A stretch of DNA of 64,000 nt from NCBI GenBank assembly GCA_044892505.1, contig CM097883.1:232686001-232750000 (forward strand), in the 5' to 3' direction. The notes beneath the pieces were generated by a model. It made no database searches and was not told the origin of the DNA. It worked only from the letters and a program-made list of their open reading frames with translations. The first letter of the stretch is position 1, and the number at the start of each line of letters is the position of its first letter. This document shows positions 12,630-25,595 of the stretch, in pieces. This DNA is from Schmidtea nova (taxonomy: Eukaryota). Both the position numbers and the translations under genes were made by a program.

Positions 12630-13500
12630 CCTGCAGCAGAACCATCTTCCTCGCCCGGATTCCGCCCCATTCTGTTTATTCTAGACCAAAACGGTACACC
12701 TTCGTCGTGGTTTTGCATTTTCGAAGCCCGCGCGTCTTCCTTCCCGAAATCACGCGCAGATCATCTTTTTGACAGTTTACCTGCTGAATTGATATCGGAA
12801 CTGGCACCCAAAATCGCTGAATCCCTAGACTCAGAGAATCAATACGAGAACTTAAAAGCACTCATAATTTCCAAATACACTTTCTTACAGGCACAAGCCC
12901 TGCAAAAACTATTAGCATCACAACGTTACGCAGGCCAGCAACCGAGCATATTTTTGGCAGAGATCATTCGCTCCAACGACACCGCCATACCTGATCTTTC
13001 CAAAAACATACAGCTCTTAAAATACCAATGTACTTCTGCACTTCCATACCACCTACGAACCTCTCTCGCATTGGTAGACTCGGAAGACCCATACCATCTT
13101 GCTAAAATAGCCGATCACATTCACGCACTTCAACCCATAAACCTCGCGCCGATATTTACACACCACCACCACCATCTCCCATCGTGAACGCAACACATAC
13201 ACCTGATAATCCCTACGCTCGCAACGTCGAAACATATTCCAACCACACATCGCCGTCACATAATGTAAAACATCCCAACCACCAACCAACGACAAGCACA
13301 CAAAACATACAACCCAATAATGGCCACAACTAATTTGCTTTTTCCACAACAGATTTAGACAACATGCACATAAATCCTGCATCGGTTGCACGTCCGAATT
13401 CCGTACACACCACAATCCAATAATCCCAGTGTGTATTTACCAACACCTCTACAAGAATGAAGCCAGACCGTGCCTCGGCGGATGCACCTGGCGCACACGT
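12630..13500 (+). pseudogene. CsRn1-clade Gypsy gag relic, unit 1
   Basis: PSSWFCIFEARA...LPAELISEL...QYENLKALII...ALQKLL...GQQPSIFLAEI...LPYHLRTSLA...LAKIADHI matches the recalled DUF7041/CsRn1 gag pattern. Downstream, frameshifted CIYQHLYKNEARPCLGGCTW has C-X2-(H>Q)-X9-C-X3-C knuckle spacing. Confidence 0.8.
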
Positions 13501-14880
13501 GACGTACATCCTTCAAAAAACTAACCCAATCACCAGACATTCCTGGACGNNNNNNNNNNNNNNNNNNNNNNNNNNNNNNNNNNNNNNNNNNNNNNNNNNN
13601 NNNNNNNNNNNNNNNNNNNNNNNNNNNNNNNNNNNNNNNNNNNNNNNNNNNNNNNNNNNNNNNNNNNNNNNNNNNNNNNNNNNNNNNNNNNNNNNNNATA
13701 CATTATATAAGTATATATATTATTAAATTAAATATAGTTTATTTACAAATTGAGTAATCGTTGTTTTAATGTTGATAATAAAGAAATGGAAAGCAAACAA
13801 ATTCAAATGCAAAGATCTCAGTTTCATTAAATAAAAAGCACCAAGCAAACTCAAATGCGAAAATGAAAAATTCATTAAATAAAAGGCAGCAAGAAATCTC
13901 AAATGCAAAGATGACAGATTTATTAAATATGAAGAAGGAAGAAATTCAAAACTCAACGCACCGAAATTTTTGTTTAAATAAAATTTTATTATTTATAGTA
14001 ATTTATTTCAGTGTTACTCAACTTAACAGTGAATCTTTCTCAACACAGCAACACTAATGGTGAGGTATTGGTGCTGAATTTAATATTCAAAATGCTATCA
14101 TCACAAGTAATTTGAAACTTTAAAATTAATTGAGTGTTGTATTTTACATACGAAATTTACATGCGAAAACCAAGTGAGAATTGAATGGGGGAGTATCAAT
14201 GCCTTTATATTAAATACGAAAAAAATAAAATTTTATTATTTATAGTAATTTATTTCAGTTTTACTAAAAATGGTGTCAAAACTGACAGCTCTCCAGCATC
14301 AGAGAGTGAATATTACTCGGTCAATATCGAACATTTCATCGATTCATTCAAAAGCATCGTCAAAGAAACTACCGGAACTGGTTCAACTATGATATTAGAA
14401 GCCTCCACTTTCCAACAAGTTACAGCGAAGCATGTTATAATGTCACGTATTTTTTATTATATTATTTTATATAAAATTTGATTCGTATTTATTATAAAAT
14501 TTATTAATTTTATTAATGTATTAATTTTATTTTACTATATATTTATCTATAAAAATTTTATATACACTCCATCTACCTCGCCCTTATTCCCTGTTTTAAT
14601 TGCAAACCGCACCCACATTCAAAAACAATAGCCAATTCACAGCAATTATTTTTCCCCAGAGCTGCCTCCATTACACCAACCTATATCCTTATACGCTTCA
14701 ACAACATAATAAGCCAAATCTCTATTACCACTGACCTTTACACTGACATTGCTGCCTCTCTCCACATCGATAAAACGTCTTTTTTATATGCTATGCAACG
14801 GTTTCCGAATTTCCTCGATCACGGAGATTCAGCGCAATACCATCGTAGACATCCATTGTCGCATCTTAGAAGGTGTGCGT

Positions 14881-15750
14881 CCTGCAGCAGAACCATCTTC
14901 CTCGCCCGGATTCCGCCCCATTCTGTTTATTCTAGACCAAAACGGTACACCTTCGTCGTGGTTTTGCATTTTCGAAGCCCGCGCGTCTTCCTTCCCGAAA
15001 TCACGCGCAGATCATCTTTTTGACAGTTTACCTGCTGAATTGATATCGGAACTGGCACCCAAAATCGCTGAATCCCTAGACTCAGAGAATCAATACGAGA
15101 ACTTAAAAGCACTCATAATTTCCAAATACACTTTCTTACAGGCACAAGCCCTGCAAAAACTATTAGCATCACAACGTTACGCAGGCCAGCAACCGAGCAT
15201 ATTTTTGGCAGAGATCATTCGCTCCAACGACACCGCCATACCTGATCTTTCCAAAAACATACAGCTCTTAAAATACCAATGTACTTCTGCACTTCCATAC
15301 CACCTACGAACCTCTCTCGCATTGGTAGACTCGGAAGACCCATACCATCTTGCTAAAATAGCCGATCACATTCACGCACTTCAACCCATAAACCTCGCGC
15401 CGATATTTACACACCACCACCACCATCTCCCATCGTGAACGCAACACATACACCTGATAATCCCTACGCTCGCAACGTCGAAACATATTCCAACCACACA
15501 TCGCCGTCACATAATGTAAAACATCCCAACCACCAACCAACGACAAGCACACAAAACATACAACCCAATAATGGCCACAACTAATTTGCTTTTTCCACAA
15601 CAGATTTAGACAACATGCACATAAATCCTGCATCGGTTGCACGTCCGAATTCCGTACACACCACAATCCAATAATCCCAGTGTGTATTTACCAACACCTC
15701 TACAAGAATGAAGCCAGACCGTGCCTCGGCGGATGCACCTGGCGCACACG
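14881..15750 (+). pseudogene. CsRn1-clade gag relic, unit 2
   Basis: Near-identical copy of unit 1. Confidence 0.8.
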
Positions 15751-15814
15751 TGACGTACATCCTTCAAAAAACTAACCCAATCACCAGACATTCCTGGACG
15801 CCCGATGACTTACC

Positions 15815-15855
<41 letters not shown>

Positions 15856-17053
15856 TTTTAAATTATTGTTATACATTATATAAGTATATATATTATTAAA
15901 TTAAATATAGTTTATTTACAAATTGAGTAATCGTTGTTTTAATGTTGATAATAAAGAAATGGAAAGCAAACAAATTCAAATGCAAAGATCTCAGTTTCAT
16001 TAAATAAAAAGCACCAAGCAAACTCAAATGCGAAAATGAAAAATTCATTAAATAAAAGGCAGCAAGAAATCTCAAATGCAAAGATGACAGATTTATTAAA
16101 TATGAAGAAGGAAGAAATTCAAAACTCAACGCACCGAAATTTTTGTTTAAATAAAATTTTATTATTTATAGTAATTTATTTCAGTGTTACTCAACTTAAC
16201 AGTGAATCTTTCTCAACACAGCAACACTAATGGTGAGGTATTGGTGCTGAATTTAATATTCAAAATGCTATCATCACAAGTAATTTGAAACTTTAAAATT
16301 AATTGAGTGTTGTATTTTACATACGAAATTTACATGCGAAAACCAAGTGAGAATTGAATGGGGGAGTATCAATGCCTTTATATTAAATACGAAAAAAATA
16401 AAATTTTATTATTTATAGTAATTTATTTCAGTTTTACTAAAAATGGTGTCAGAACTGACAGCTCTCCAGCATCAGAGAGTGAATATTACTCGGTCAATAT
16501 CGAACATTTCATCGATTCATTCAAAAGCATCGTCAAAGAAACTACCGGAACTGGTTCAACTATGATATTAGAAGCCTCCACTTTCCAACAAGTTACAGCG
16601 AAGCATGTTATAATGTCACGTATTTTTTATTATATTATTTTATATAAAATTTGATTCGTATTTATTATAAAATTTATTAATTTTATTAATGTATTAATTT
16701 TATTTTACTATATATTTATCTATAAAAATTTTATATACACTCCATCTACCTCGCCCTTATTCCCTGTTTTAATTGCAAACCGCACCCACATTCAAAAACA
16801 ATAGCCAATTCACAGCAATTATTTTTCCCCAGAGCTGCCTCCATTACACCAACCTATATCCTTATACGCTTCAACAACATAATAAGCCAAATCTCTATTA
16901 CCACTGACCTTTACACTGACATTGCTGCCTCTCTCCACATCGATAAAACGTCTTTTTTATATGCTATGCAACGGTTTCCGAATTTCCTCGATCACGGAGA
17001 TTCAGCGCAATACCATCGTAGACATCCATTGTCGCATCTTAGGAGGTGTGCGT

Positions 17054-17920
17054 CCTGCAGCAGAACCATCTTCCTCGCCCGGATTCCGCCCCATTCTGTT
17101 TATTCTAGACCAAAACGGTACACCTTCGTCGTGGTTTTGCATTTTCGAAGCCCGCGCGTCTTCCTTCCCGAAATCACGCGCAGATCATCTTTTTGACAGT
17201 TTACCTGCTGAATTGATATCGGAACTGGCACCCAAAATCGCTGAATCCCTAGACTCAGAGAATCAATACGAGAACTTAAAAGCACTCATAATTTCCAAAT
17301 ACACTTTCTTACAGGCACAAGCCCTGCAAAAACTATTAGCATCACAACGTTACGCAGGCCAGCAACCGAGCATATTTTTGGCAGAGATCATTCGCTCCAA
17401 CGACACCGCCATACCTGATCTTTCCAAAAACATACAGCTCTTAAAATACCAATGTACTTCTGCACTTCCATACCACCTACGAACCTCTCTCGCATTGGTA
17501 GACTCGGAAGACCCATACCATCTTGCTAAAATAGCCGATCACATTCACGCACTTCAACCCATAAACCTCGCGCCGATATTTACACACCACCACCACCATC
17601 TCCCATCGTGAACGCAACACATACACCTGATAATCCCTACGCTCGCAACGTCGAAACATTCCAACCACACATCGCCGTCACATAATGTAAAACATCCCAA
17701 CCACCAACCAACGACAAGCACACAAAACATACAACCCAATAATGGCCACAACTAATTTGCTTTTTCCACAACAGATTTAGACAACATGCACATAAATCCT
17801 GCATCGGTTGCACGTCCGAATTCCGTACACACCACAATCCAATAATCCCAGTGTGTATTTACCAACACCTCTACAAGAATGAAGCCAGACCGTGCCTCGG
17901 CGGATGCACCTGGCGCACAC
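17054..17920 (+). pseudogene. CsRn1-clade gag relic, unit 3
   Basis: Near-identical copy with an extra 2-bp deletion near 17657. Confidence 0.8.
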
Positions 17921-17985
17921 GTGACGTACATCCTTCAAAAAACTAACCCAATCACCAGACATTCCTGGACGCCCGATGACTTACC

Positions 17986-18074
<89 letters not shown>

Positions 18075-18526
18075 TTTTAAATTATTGTTATACATTATAT
18101 AAGTATATATATTATTAAATTAAATATAGTTTATTTACAAATTGAGTAATCGTTGTTTTAATGTTGATAATAAAGAAATGGAAAGCAAACAAATTCAAAT
18201 GCAAAGATCTCAGTTTCATTAAATAAAAAGCACCAAGCAAACTCAAATGCGAAAATGAAAAATTCATTAAATAAAAGGCAGCAAGAAATCTCAAATGCAA
18301 AGATGACAGATTTATTAAATATGAAGAAGGAAGAAATTCAAAACTCAACGCACCGAAATTTTTGTTTAAATAAAATTTTATTATTTATAGTAATTTATTT
18401 CAGTGTTACTCAACTTAACAGTGAATCTTTCTCAACACAGCAACACTAATGGTGAGGTATTGGTGCTGAATTTAATATTCAAAATGCTATCATCACAAGT
18501 AATTTGAAACTTTAAAATTAATTGAG

Positions 18527-19040
18527 TGTTGTATTTTACATACGAAATATACATGCGAAAACCAAGTGAGAATTGAATGAGGGAGAATCAATGCCTTTAT
18601 ATTAAATACGAAAAATCATGATCGAAGATAAAATCACTATTAAAATAAAGAGAAAAATTTATTAGAAATTATAATAAAACTCCCATCGAAATTTCATTAA
18701 AATTAACAGAGATAGGATTAAAAATAGAATTAGAATGGATTTGGTTGTTTGAATCAACCAACACGCGCAAAATGACTCTATGTTGAATACACACAGTTTT
18801 ATTAGAATTAATAACAAATATTTAGAAAATAAATTAAATAAATTGTAGAGTTAATCTTTTCGAAAAATAAATAAATAATTCATTTATTAAGATAATCATT
18901 CAAATTCAAGTATAAATTTCTAAATTTAATTCACATAATGAACAAAATCCGTAGATGTGACATGAAAATAGTATAAATAGAACGTTGAAAATCATAATTT
19001 AACATACTGTTTTGCGAGGAGACGCTTGGTAACACCATTA
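18527..19040 (+). mobile_element. Truncated LTR relic (family L, copy 0)
   Basis: Shares the GAGAATTGAATGGGG block, AT-rich blocks and TATAAATA (18972) with the copies at 19641, 26750 and 27902. Confidence 0.65.
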
Positions 19041-19640
19041 CTGGCCATCATCAGTGTTTATACATTCTTGTGTAATGATTATTATTACATCGGAACTAGT
19101 ATCTTTTGAAATATGTGTAACTATTAATATGGAAGTTTTCTATGTAATATTTAATCAAACTTTTGAAGTAGATATTTTGTTTGTGTTTTTGTTCATTTTA
19201 ATGCTCTGTCTTAATTGATTTCCCTATTAAATGATTTGAATAGAGTGAGTCTAAAGTTTAAACGGTCTTTCGGGACTTCAAAGTTTACTGTCCTAGGGAT
19301 GTGGCTTCAGTTCGCTGTGAGTAACCGACAGGATGGCGGCCAAGTGAAAAAAGAAAGTGCCTACTAAGTATTTCTTTCCTTTATCTACATTCTTCCTCAG
19401 CTTAATCATCTTTTCATAATTTAATTAAATTAAACATTCACACAATATGATAAATACTAATTTTCTCGATTTTGTGTAAGTTTTTATTTTATGTAATTCT
19501 CAGCGCTTCGATAATAGATTTACTTTAAACCGATTTTTGGTTTCTTTATCCTTTTCTTACAATTTTCTGGATATTTGATAGCATTTAGCAACTCTAGTCT
19601 GTATGGATGAGGGATGGGCTTAATATAATATTCATGCATG

Positions 19641-20941
19641 TGTTGGGCTGGCTAAATCGAAAATAAAATTTTTTTTGAATTCATCAAAAATTAAAAAGGA
19701 ACAAGTTTAGAAAACGCGCGATAAAACATTACGCAGTAAACTAACGCAAAAGAAAATAAAACAGTAAAGTACAATAGTAATCATACCAACCGCATTCGAT
19801 AAGTCGGTCAAGATAGAGCTTAAACGACAGAAAAGAGGCATCTCAAAAGGGAGCCCGCAATTCGAGTGCAGGTCGCATTTACACACGAAGGACCGCGCGA
19901 GAATTGAATGGGGAAGATCATTACTGGTTTAAAAATAAAGCAAAGCATGATAAAAGAATAAAATCGACATCAATTTAAAGAAAATAATTTATTAAAAATT
20001 ATAGGAAAAATCCCCATTGAAATATCGTAAAAATAACAGAGGTAGGACTCAAAATAGAATTCAATTAAAGTTGATTGTTTTAATCAATCAATAAATGTAC
20101 ACACACATCATTTATCTGAATTAAAATCAAATATCTTAGAAATAAATAAATTAAATTATAAAATTAAATTTACAAAAAAATTAAATAAATAATCGGTTAT
20201 TGAAACAAATAAATTGAGTTTCAATCATAATATAATCAATTGAATGAAAACATGCGTGGGTGTCAGTCTAGTTTAGTATAAATAAACGGAAAAAATCAGT
20301 TGAATTAACTCAGTTAGTTTCTGCAAGTTAACACCAAAATTTTGATTTCGTGTTTCGCCAGCCAGTCGCGTAGTTGAGTAGGTTTGGTTTGTGTATGGTA
20401 ATCTGTAACCATGTTATGTGAATGGTAGTCAATAAATATTTCGAATCATACATTTATGATTAATTGTGGGTAAACCCTCATAACAGCCGGGGTAAATTCG
20501 ATAAGGGCATGTCCTGATGGTCTCGCGACCTGATGGGCAATAAATGGCCTCTTGTCCTGACTCTCCTTGGATAGTTAGGCGATGCGGCATACTTGAACCA
20601 AATTTGGGCGAGAGGAAATGGGAGTGCCAGGAGCATTCATCGTTTTGGTGAATTAATTGGAAAGGAATAAAGGTATAATTTTGATAGCGAAAAGTAATAG
20701 ATCGAAAATAAAGCAGATGCGTAAGTCCTTCTACGGCAGCAAGAACTCGAAAGAGAGGATTTATTGAGGATTAGTTTCGGCAACGGAGCTCACCTGATCA
20801 CTAGATTCTCGCCACCGTGTATAGTACCAACATAGTTATTTGGGGAGTAACTATGGGTACAGGTATGTGATTGAGTAATATTTTTGTTGCGGTGTGGGTT
20901 GTATTAACCCATAGAAGTTCGTAATAATTTTTGTAACAACA
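19641..20941 (+). mobile_element. Solo LTR (family L, copy 1), TGTTG...CAACA, BEL/Pao- or Gypsy-like
   Basis: TGTTG and CAACA termini, TATAAATA at 20277, AATAAA near 20431; blockwise homology to the other copies; no TSD seen. Confidence 0.7.
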
Positions 20942-21827
20942 CCGATACCATCCAACACATGGCACGGCTCTGGCGAACTTTGCTCTGGAATGCGTACCAA
21001 TTATAATAGAAATACATGGGTAACGTTTACTAGCTGAATTTCAACTTGTTACTCCAAAAATATGATAATCATAATCACCTTTTCTCTCACTCGTTATTCT
21101 AGTTTATGTGGCATCTCACAATTTGGGTTCAATCTTTGATTCAGTTCATGAAACTATTCAAAAGAATGCCTCTGCAAACTTCTTTTAAAGTGTACTTGTG
21201 AATGTTTATAAATGATTTTAAATATCTTCCCAGTTACTACCCAGAGTTGACCTCGCATTCCACTCGGTAGAGATTGTTAAGTTTTGGGTTACCCAGTAGA
21301 TCTTTCGCCGGCATCAGCCACTTACTATACTTCCTTTCCACGGGCCAAAAAGAGTCTCTCAAGCCGATAAATTGTCTTTCGAATCATTTCTGCTAGGGTC
21401 ATGTGTCATTAATTTACTTCTTGCATGAAGTTCTTTGAATATGTCAGAAATTAAATCTGAGATCGGAATCTGCAAAAATTAAAAAGTTAAAACATTTAAA
21501 ACATTTAATAAATACTTGTACAGAAGGAATCATTTGGGAACAAACCGACTACATCAAAGAAACAAAATGGTCACCAATCGGTGTGTAACCAACTGTTATC
21601 CGAATAAAATAACAAATAACTAACCTTTGAAATGCTTTTAAAATTGGTTCAAAATTTTGGTTACAAAAAACTTAACTTCAAAGTGTATTTGTGTCAGTAT
21701 ATATATAATAAATTTTTGTGACCTTGAATTGTTGTATTTTAAAAACTGAAATGTCATTTATTTCTTCTTATAATTTTTATTATTTTTTTCTTTTAAAATT
21801 TAATTCTTAATAATTTAATAATGTAAC

Positions 21828-22048
21828 TACCGGAGTTTACCGAAAATAAGACCAGGGCTAATATTTAAAAAAATGGGGTTTTTCAAAAAAAATAAAAAAT
21901 CCAAAAATAAAACTTCGGTCTACAGTGAAATACCACTACTCTGATTGTTTTTCATCTACTCAATGATTCAGTATAATAAACTATGTTAATTTGTTTAAGT
22001 GAAAAAATAGCGATCTTTCGCGGGGTCTTATTTAGGTAAACTCCGGTA
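21828..22048. mobile_element. pogo/Tigger-type MITE
   Basis: TIR CCGGAGTTTACC(GA/T)AAATAAGACC at both ends, flanked by TA. Confidence 0.85.
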
Positions 22049-22199
22049 ATCTTACATTTATTTCTTAAAATAATCACTTTTATTTAATTATTTTCAATTT
22101 AAATTTTCATTATAAATATTATTATGTGATATTTTCAAAATTAACTTTTTATATATTTTTAAAATAAATATTTTGTTTGTCCTAATCTCGACTTGCCCT

Positions 22200-25178
22200 T
22201 AGTCTTCTAGGGTTTTTGAGTTATTTCATATGTATTTTAGTGTTTAATTATTGCAAATTTTTGTTTTATTTAAATTTCAAATATGTTTTCATTTCAATTA
22301 TGTACTAATTGTCATATAGTTTAGGGGATTTATTAGTTTTTTTGTTTCAGATTTTGAATTGACTTTGTATGCGTGTTCAGTTGTTGGGTTATCGTGTCAG
22401 TAAAACAAATTTGACCCCTTGCTTTCCAGACGAAATGATTGAAATCGCTAGGGTTTTGGCAAAACTCTCCTTTAATAAGACATTAAATTGAGCTAAGAAA
22501 CTTCTGAAATTTTTGAGGTTGATGATTGTCCTAACGGATTTCACCTATTCAAATTTTCAAAGTTCAATAAAGGCCTCTTAATTGTACAATATTAAGCTAT
22601 TGTTCGATTAAATTAGTCTCAGATTTCGTCATTGTTTAGCAAACAGTAACTATATTTTCTGTCTTCACTTGTATTGAATATTTAATTATTTAATTGATTT
22701 AAAGCTATTAAGAGACATTATCAAAGTTCGCTTTCTAGTTTCTTTGCTAAGACACCAAAAGTTGTTACAGAGAAAAACGATTCTGAACATAACGTCGAGT
22801 TACCAGTGGCTGACAAAGAGGAAGAAAATGAACAGAACGAGGAACACAGCGCTTGTCAAAACCCAGATGATGATATAGAGTCTTATTGGCGATCTCAATT
22901 AAATGACAACGAAAAAATAGATGCTTTGTGCAAGCTTAAAAATCCTCCACCTCACTTCAGTTTCCCAACAGTAATGAAAGGTTCAACGAAGCGGAAATTT
23001 AGTTATCACTGGCTGGGCGAGTTTGATTGGCTGGTTTACTCGGTTGCAGGAGGTGGACTTTACTTCAAATTTTGCTTTTTGTTTGCGATCGGAGATCAAG
23101 TTGGATCACTGCTTGTCAAAACACCTTTCAAGAATTACCAAAAGTGCCGGGAAACTTTCACTGACCATGCAAAAGCGCCGTACCATTTACGATCAGTTGA
23201 AACAGCAAAAACTCTTCATGTTATCAACAAAAATCCTGAAATAACCATTGAAAGACTGTTGACGAGGCAGAAAGAACTTGAACGAAAGCAGAATTTTGTT
23301 CTTTTGAAAGAAATTTTTGACATCATCAATTATCTCACTCGACAGTCGTTACCGTTCCGAGGACACAGAGATTCTGGTGGGATCTTCAACGACCAAAAAC
23401 GGCATCAACGACGGAAACTTCAGAAATCTGATTAGACTTCTTGCTTCGAGGGACGAGGTTTTCCGGAATGCATTAGAAAGTTCGCCGAAAAATGCTATCT
23501 TCTTAAGTAGTACAATGCAGAACGAAATAATCGTCATGATGAATGAGATTGCGTTGACAAAGCTTCTTCAGAAAGTGAAAAAGTCCGTATTCTTCTCTAT
23601 TCTTGCCGACGAGTCATCGGATGTTTCCGGAATAGAACAAATGTCGATTGGACTCCGTTTCATCGACATTGATGACGGAAATATTGTTGAAGCGTTTTTA
23701 ATGCTCACAGATTTGGGCGATGTCACTGCCAAAGGACTTACTGACTCATTGTTAAGCGGAGCAAAAACGATGAAGCTACGAATGGAAAAGTGTCGAGGAA
23801 TTGGCTTAGGTGGAGCAAGAGTGATGAGTGGAGACAAATCAGGCGTTTCGGCAATAGTTCGCCATCAATTTCCTTTAGTTACTTACGTACATTGCTTCAG
23901 TCATCGATTGAACTTGGTCATTGGAGAAAGCTGCGAAGTAAAGCAGATAACTCTGTGTCTTGTCACAATTAAAAATATCTACAACTTCTTAAACTTACCG
24001 AAAAAACAAGTTAAATTTGGCAAATCTATCGAGAAAACAACACCGGAAACTTCTAGGAGAAAGCTAAAGAACACTTGCGAAACGCGCTGGGTTGAACGTC
24101 ACGAAGCAGTCAACACTTTCTTCGAACTTCTTGAGCCAACAATTGACGTTTTGAGTGTAATTGCAGAATGGAAAGCTCAAAGTCTCCTCAACACAGTGTC
24201 GACTTTCGACTTCATTATCTCTCTTGTCACATTAAAATTCGTGTTCACTTTTACCCTTCCGTTAAGTCGGCTTCTGCAATCGCCTTTAATAGATTATAAC
24301 ACTGCTATTTCATCGGCCAATGATCTCATCGAAAAGTTTGAGACGGTTAGGCAGAACAGTAAAGAAAACTTTGAAACCTTATTCAAAGAAGCATCTGACG
24401 TTGCATCTTGCTTTGAAATTGAAATTTCATTGCCGAAAAATAGAGGAAGGCCGAGATTGGATGGAATGAACTTTAACTTTAGAATTTTATTTAAGTTTCC
24501 TGTTCACCCCGCTGTTGAATTCAATTAGTCGAGAACTCTAAGAAAAATTTCGAGAAAACGCAGTGCTAGCAAATTCCAAAAATCTTATGTTCAACCCTGA
24601 GTGGCTGTTAAGCGGCGAAGTTCAGAATAGTCTTCAGCAACTTTACCATTTCTACACAGAAGATTTGAACGGATCACTGCAGTTATTTTTCGGTGAAGTT
24701 GAGATGGGGCATAAAAGACTGGGAAATGCAAATGTAAAACCTCAAACTGCGATGGACCACCTAAAAACATGCCCTCAAGATATGTTTCCTAACGTGTTCC
24801 AATTACTGAAAATCTGTATTGTAATTCCTGTAACAATTGTTGACGTCGAACGCTCTTTCAGCAAAATGAAACAACTTAAAACGGACGACAGAAACACGAC
24901 AGGAGAGGAAAGACTCAATGGACTAATGTTTCTGAGCATTCATCGTGATACCGAAGTTTTGTTTGAAGAATTTATATACGAGTTCCGCAAAGGAAAACGT
25001 CGACTTGATGTGTGAATTCCTTAGATCAAGAATAAATGTTATTGCTGAGTTTAGAGATACTTAAGAAATTTATTTGAAATTGCTAGGGTTTAGAAGGCAA
25101 ATATTTATTAGGAATTCCTAGGGTTTTTCGGATGAAAAAACATTTTGCACCCCCCCTCCAAAATTTCTGGCTACGCCA

Positions 25179-25181
<3 letters not shown>
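22200..25181 (+). mobile_element. hAT transposon (ZMYM1/PRKRIR-like DUF4371 + hATC transposase), frameshifted
   Basis: ORFs 22806-23435, 23317-24528 (FSILADESSD, YVHCFSHRLNL, CETRWVERH) and 24563-25015 (VERSFSKMKQLK). Right TIR ...TTTCTGGCTACGCCACTG ends at 25181. Subterminal CTAGGGTTT repeats occur on both sides. Left TIR not found, so the left boundary is approximate. Confidence 0.9.

Positions 25182-25243
<62 letters not shown>
25182..25243. repeat. (TA)n microsatellite; others at ~15820-15850, 17990-18068, 48024-48076, 48748-48810, 52511-52593 and 62311-62334
   Basis: Seen directly. Confidence 0.95.
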
Positions 25244-25247
<4 letters not shown>

Positions 25248-25354
25248 TCAACTTTTTTTTATTTTCAGAGTTAGTTGCAATATAATTTTTATTTTATCAT
25301 TATTTTCAACTTTTGTAATATTCATGAAATTTAGTTATAGATTTCTAAATTTAG

Positions 25355-25462
25355 AGTTTCATTCCTTTGAATAAATATACAAATGCTATTCCTGACTACG
25401 ACAATGATCTAGATTTTAGAAGTTTTGTTGCTCCACCCATTCCCCCGTACTTAGACCAGAAG
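25355..25462 (+). CDS. PRKAB: AMPK beta exon, start of the alpha/gamma-binding (ASC) region
   Basis: SFIPLNKYTNAIPDYDNDLDFRSFVAPPIPPYLDQK (cf. RAPPILPPHLLQ); AG/GT ends, 108 nt. Confidence 0.85.
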
Positions 25463-25502
25463 GTACAAATTTTGTAGAAAACTCTCATTCATAAGCCCTT
25501 AG

Positions 25503-25595
25503 GTTATTATTCAAAATGATTTTGAATGTGATGACCCAACGCTTTTGCCAACGAAACATGTCCTATTCAACCATATACTCACCCATACTTTAAAG
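25503..25595 (+). CDS. PRKAB: AMPK beta exon, ASC domain
   Basis: VIIQNDFECDDPTLLPTKHVLFNHILTHTLK (cf. VILNKDTGISCDPALLPEPNHVMLNHLYALSIK); follows a 40-nt GT-AG intron. Confidence 0.92.

Larger units (their letters stand above)
11543..18615 (+). repeat. Tandem array of a ~2.2-kb composite unit (X-Y-X-Y-X-Y-X)
   Basis: Near-identical ORF sets recur at 11934/14185/16358 and 12498/14749/16922; periods of 2173 and 2219 bp for the ungapped units; each unit ends in (TA)n. Confidence 0.95.

Noticed and set aside
12310-12772. ~155-codon open frame overlapping the gag start in another frame
   Set aside because: C-rich sequence has few stops, the first ATG is late and no domain is recognisable.
13053-13540. 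Minus-strand Cys/Val/Trp-rich ORFs repeated in each unit
   Set aside because: Antisense shadows of the C/A-rich gag tail; no recognisable homology.
20950-21480. GC-richer sequence after the solo LTR as a retroelement internal region
   Set aside because: No PBS, PPT or convincing pol motif could be read on either strand.
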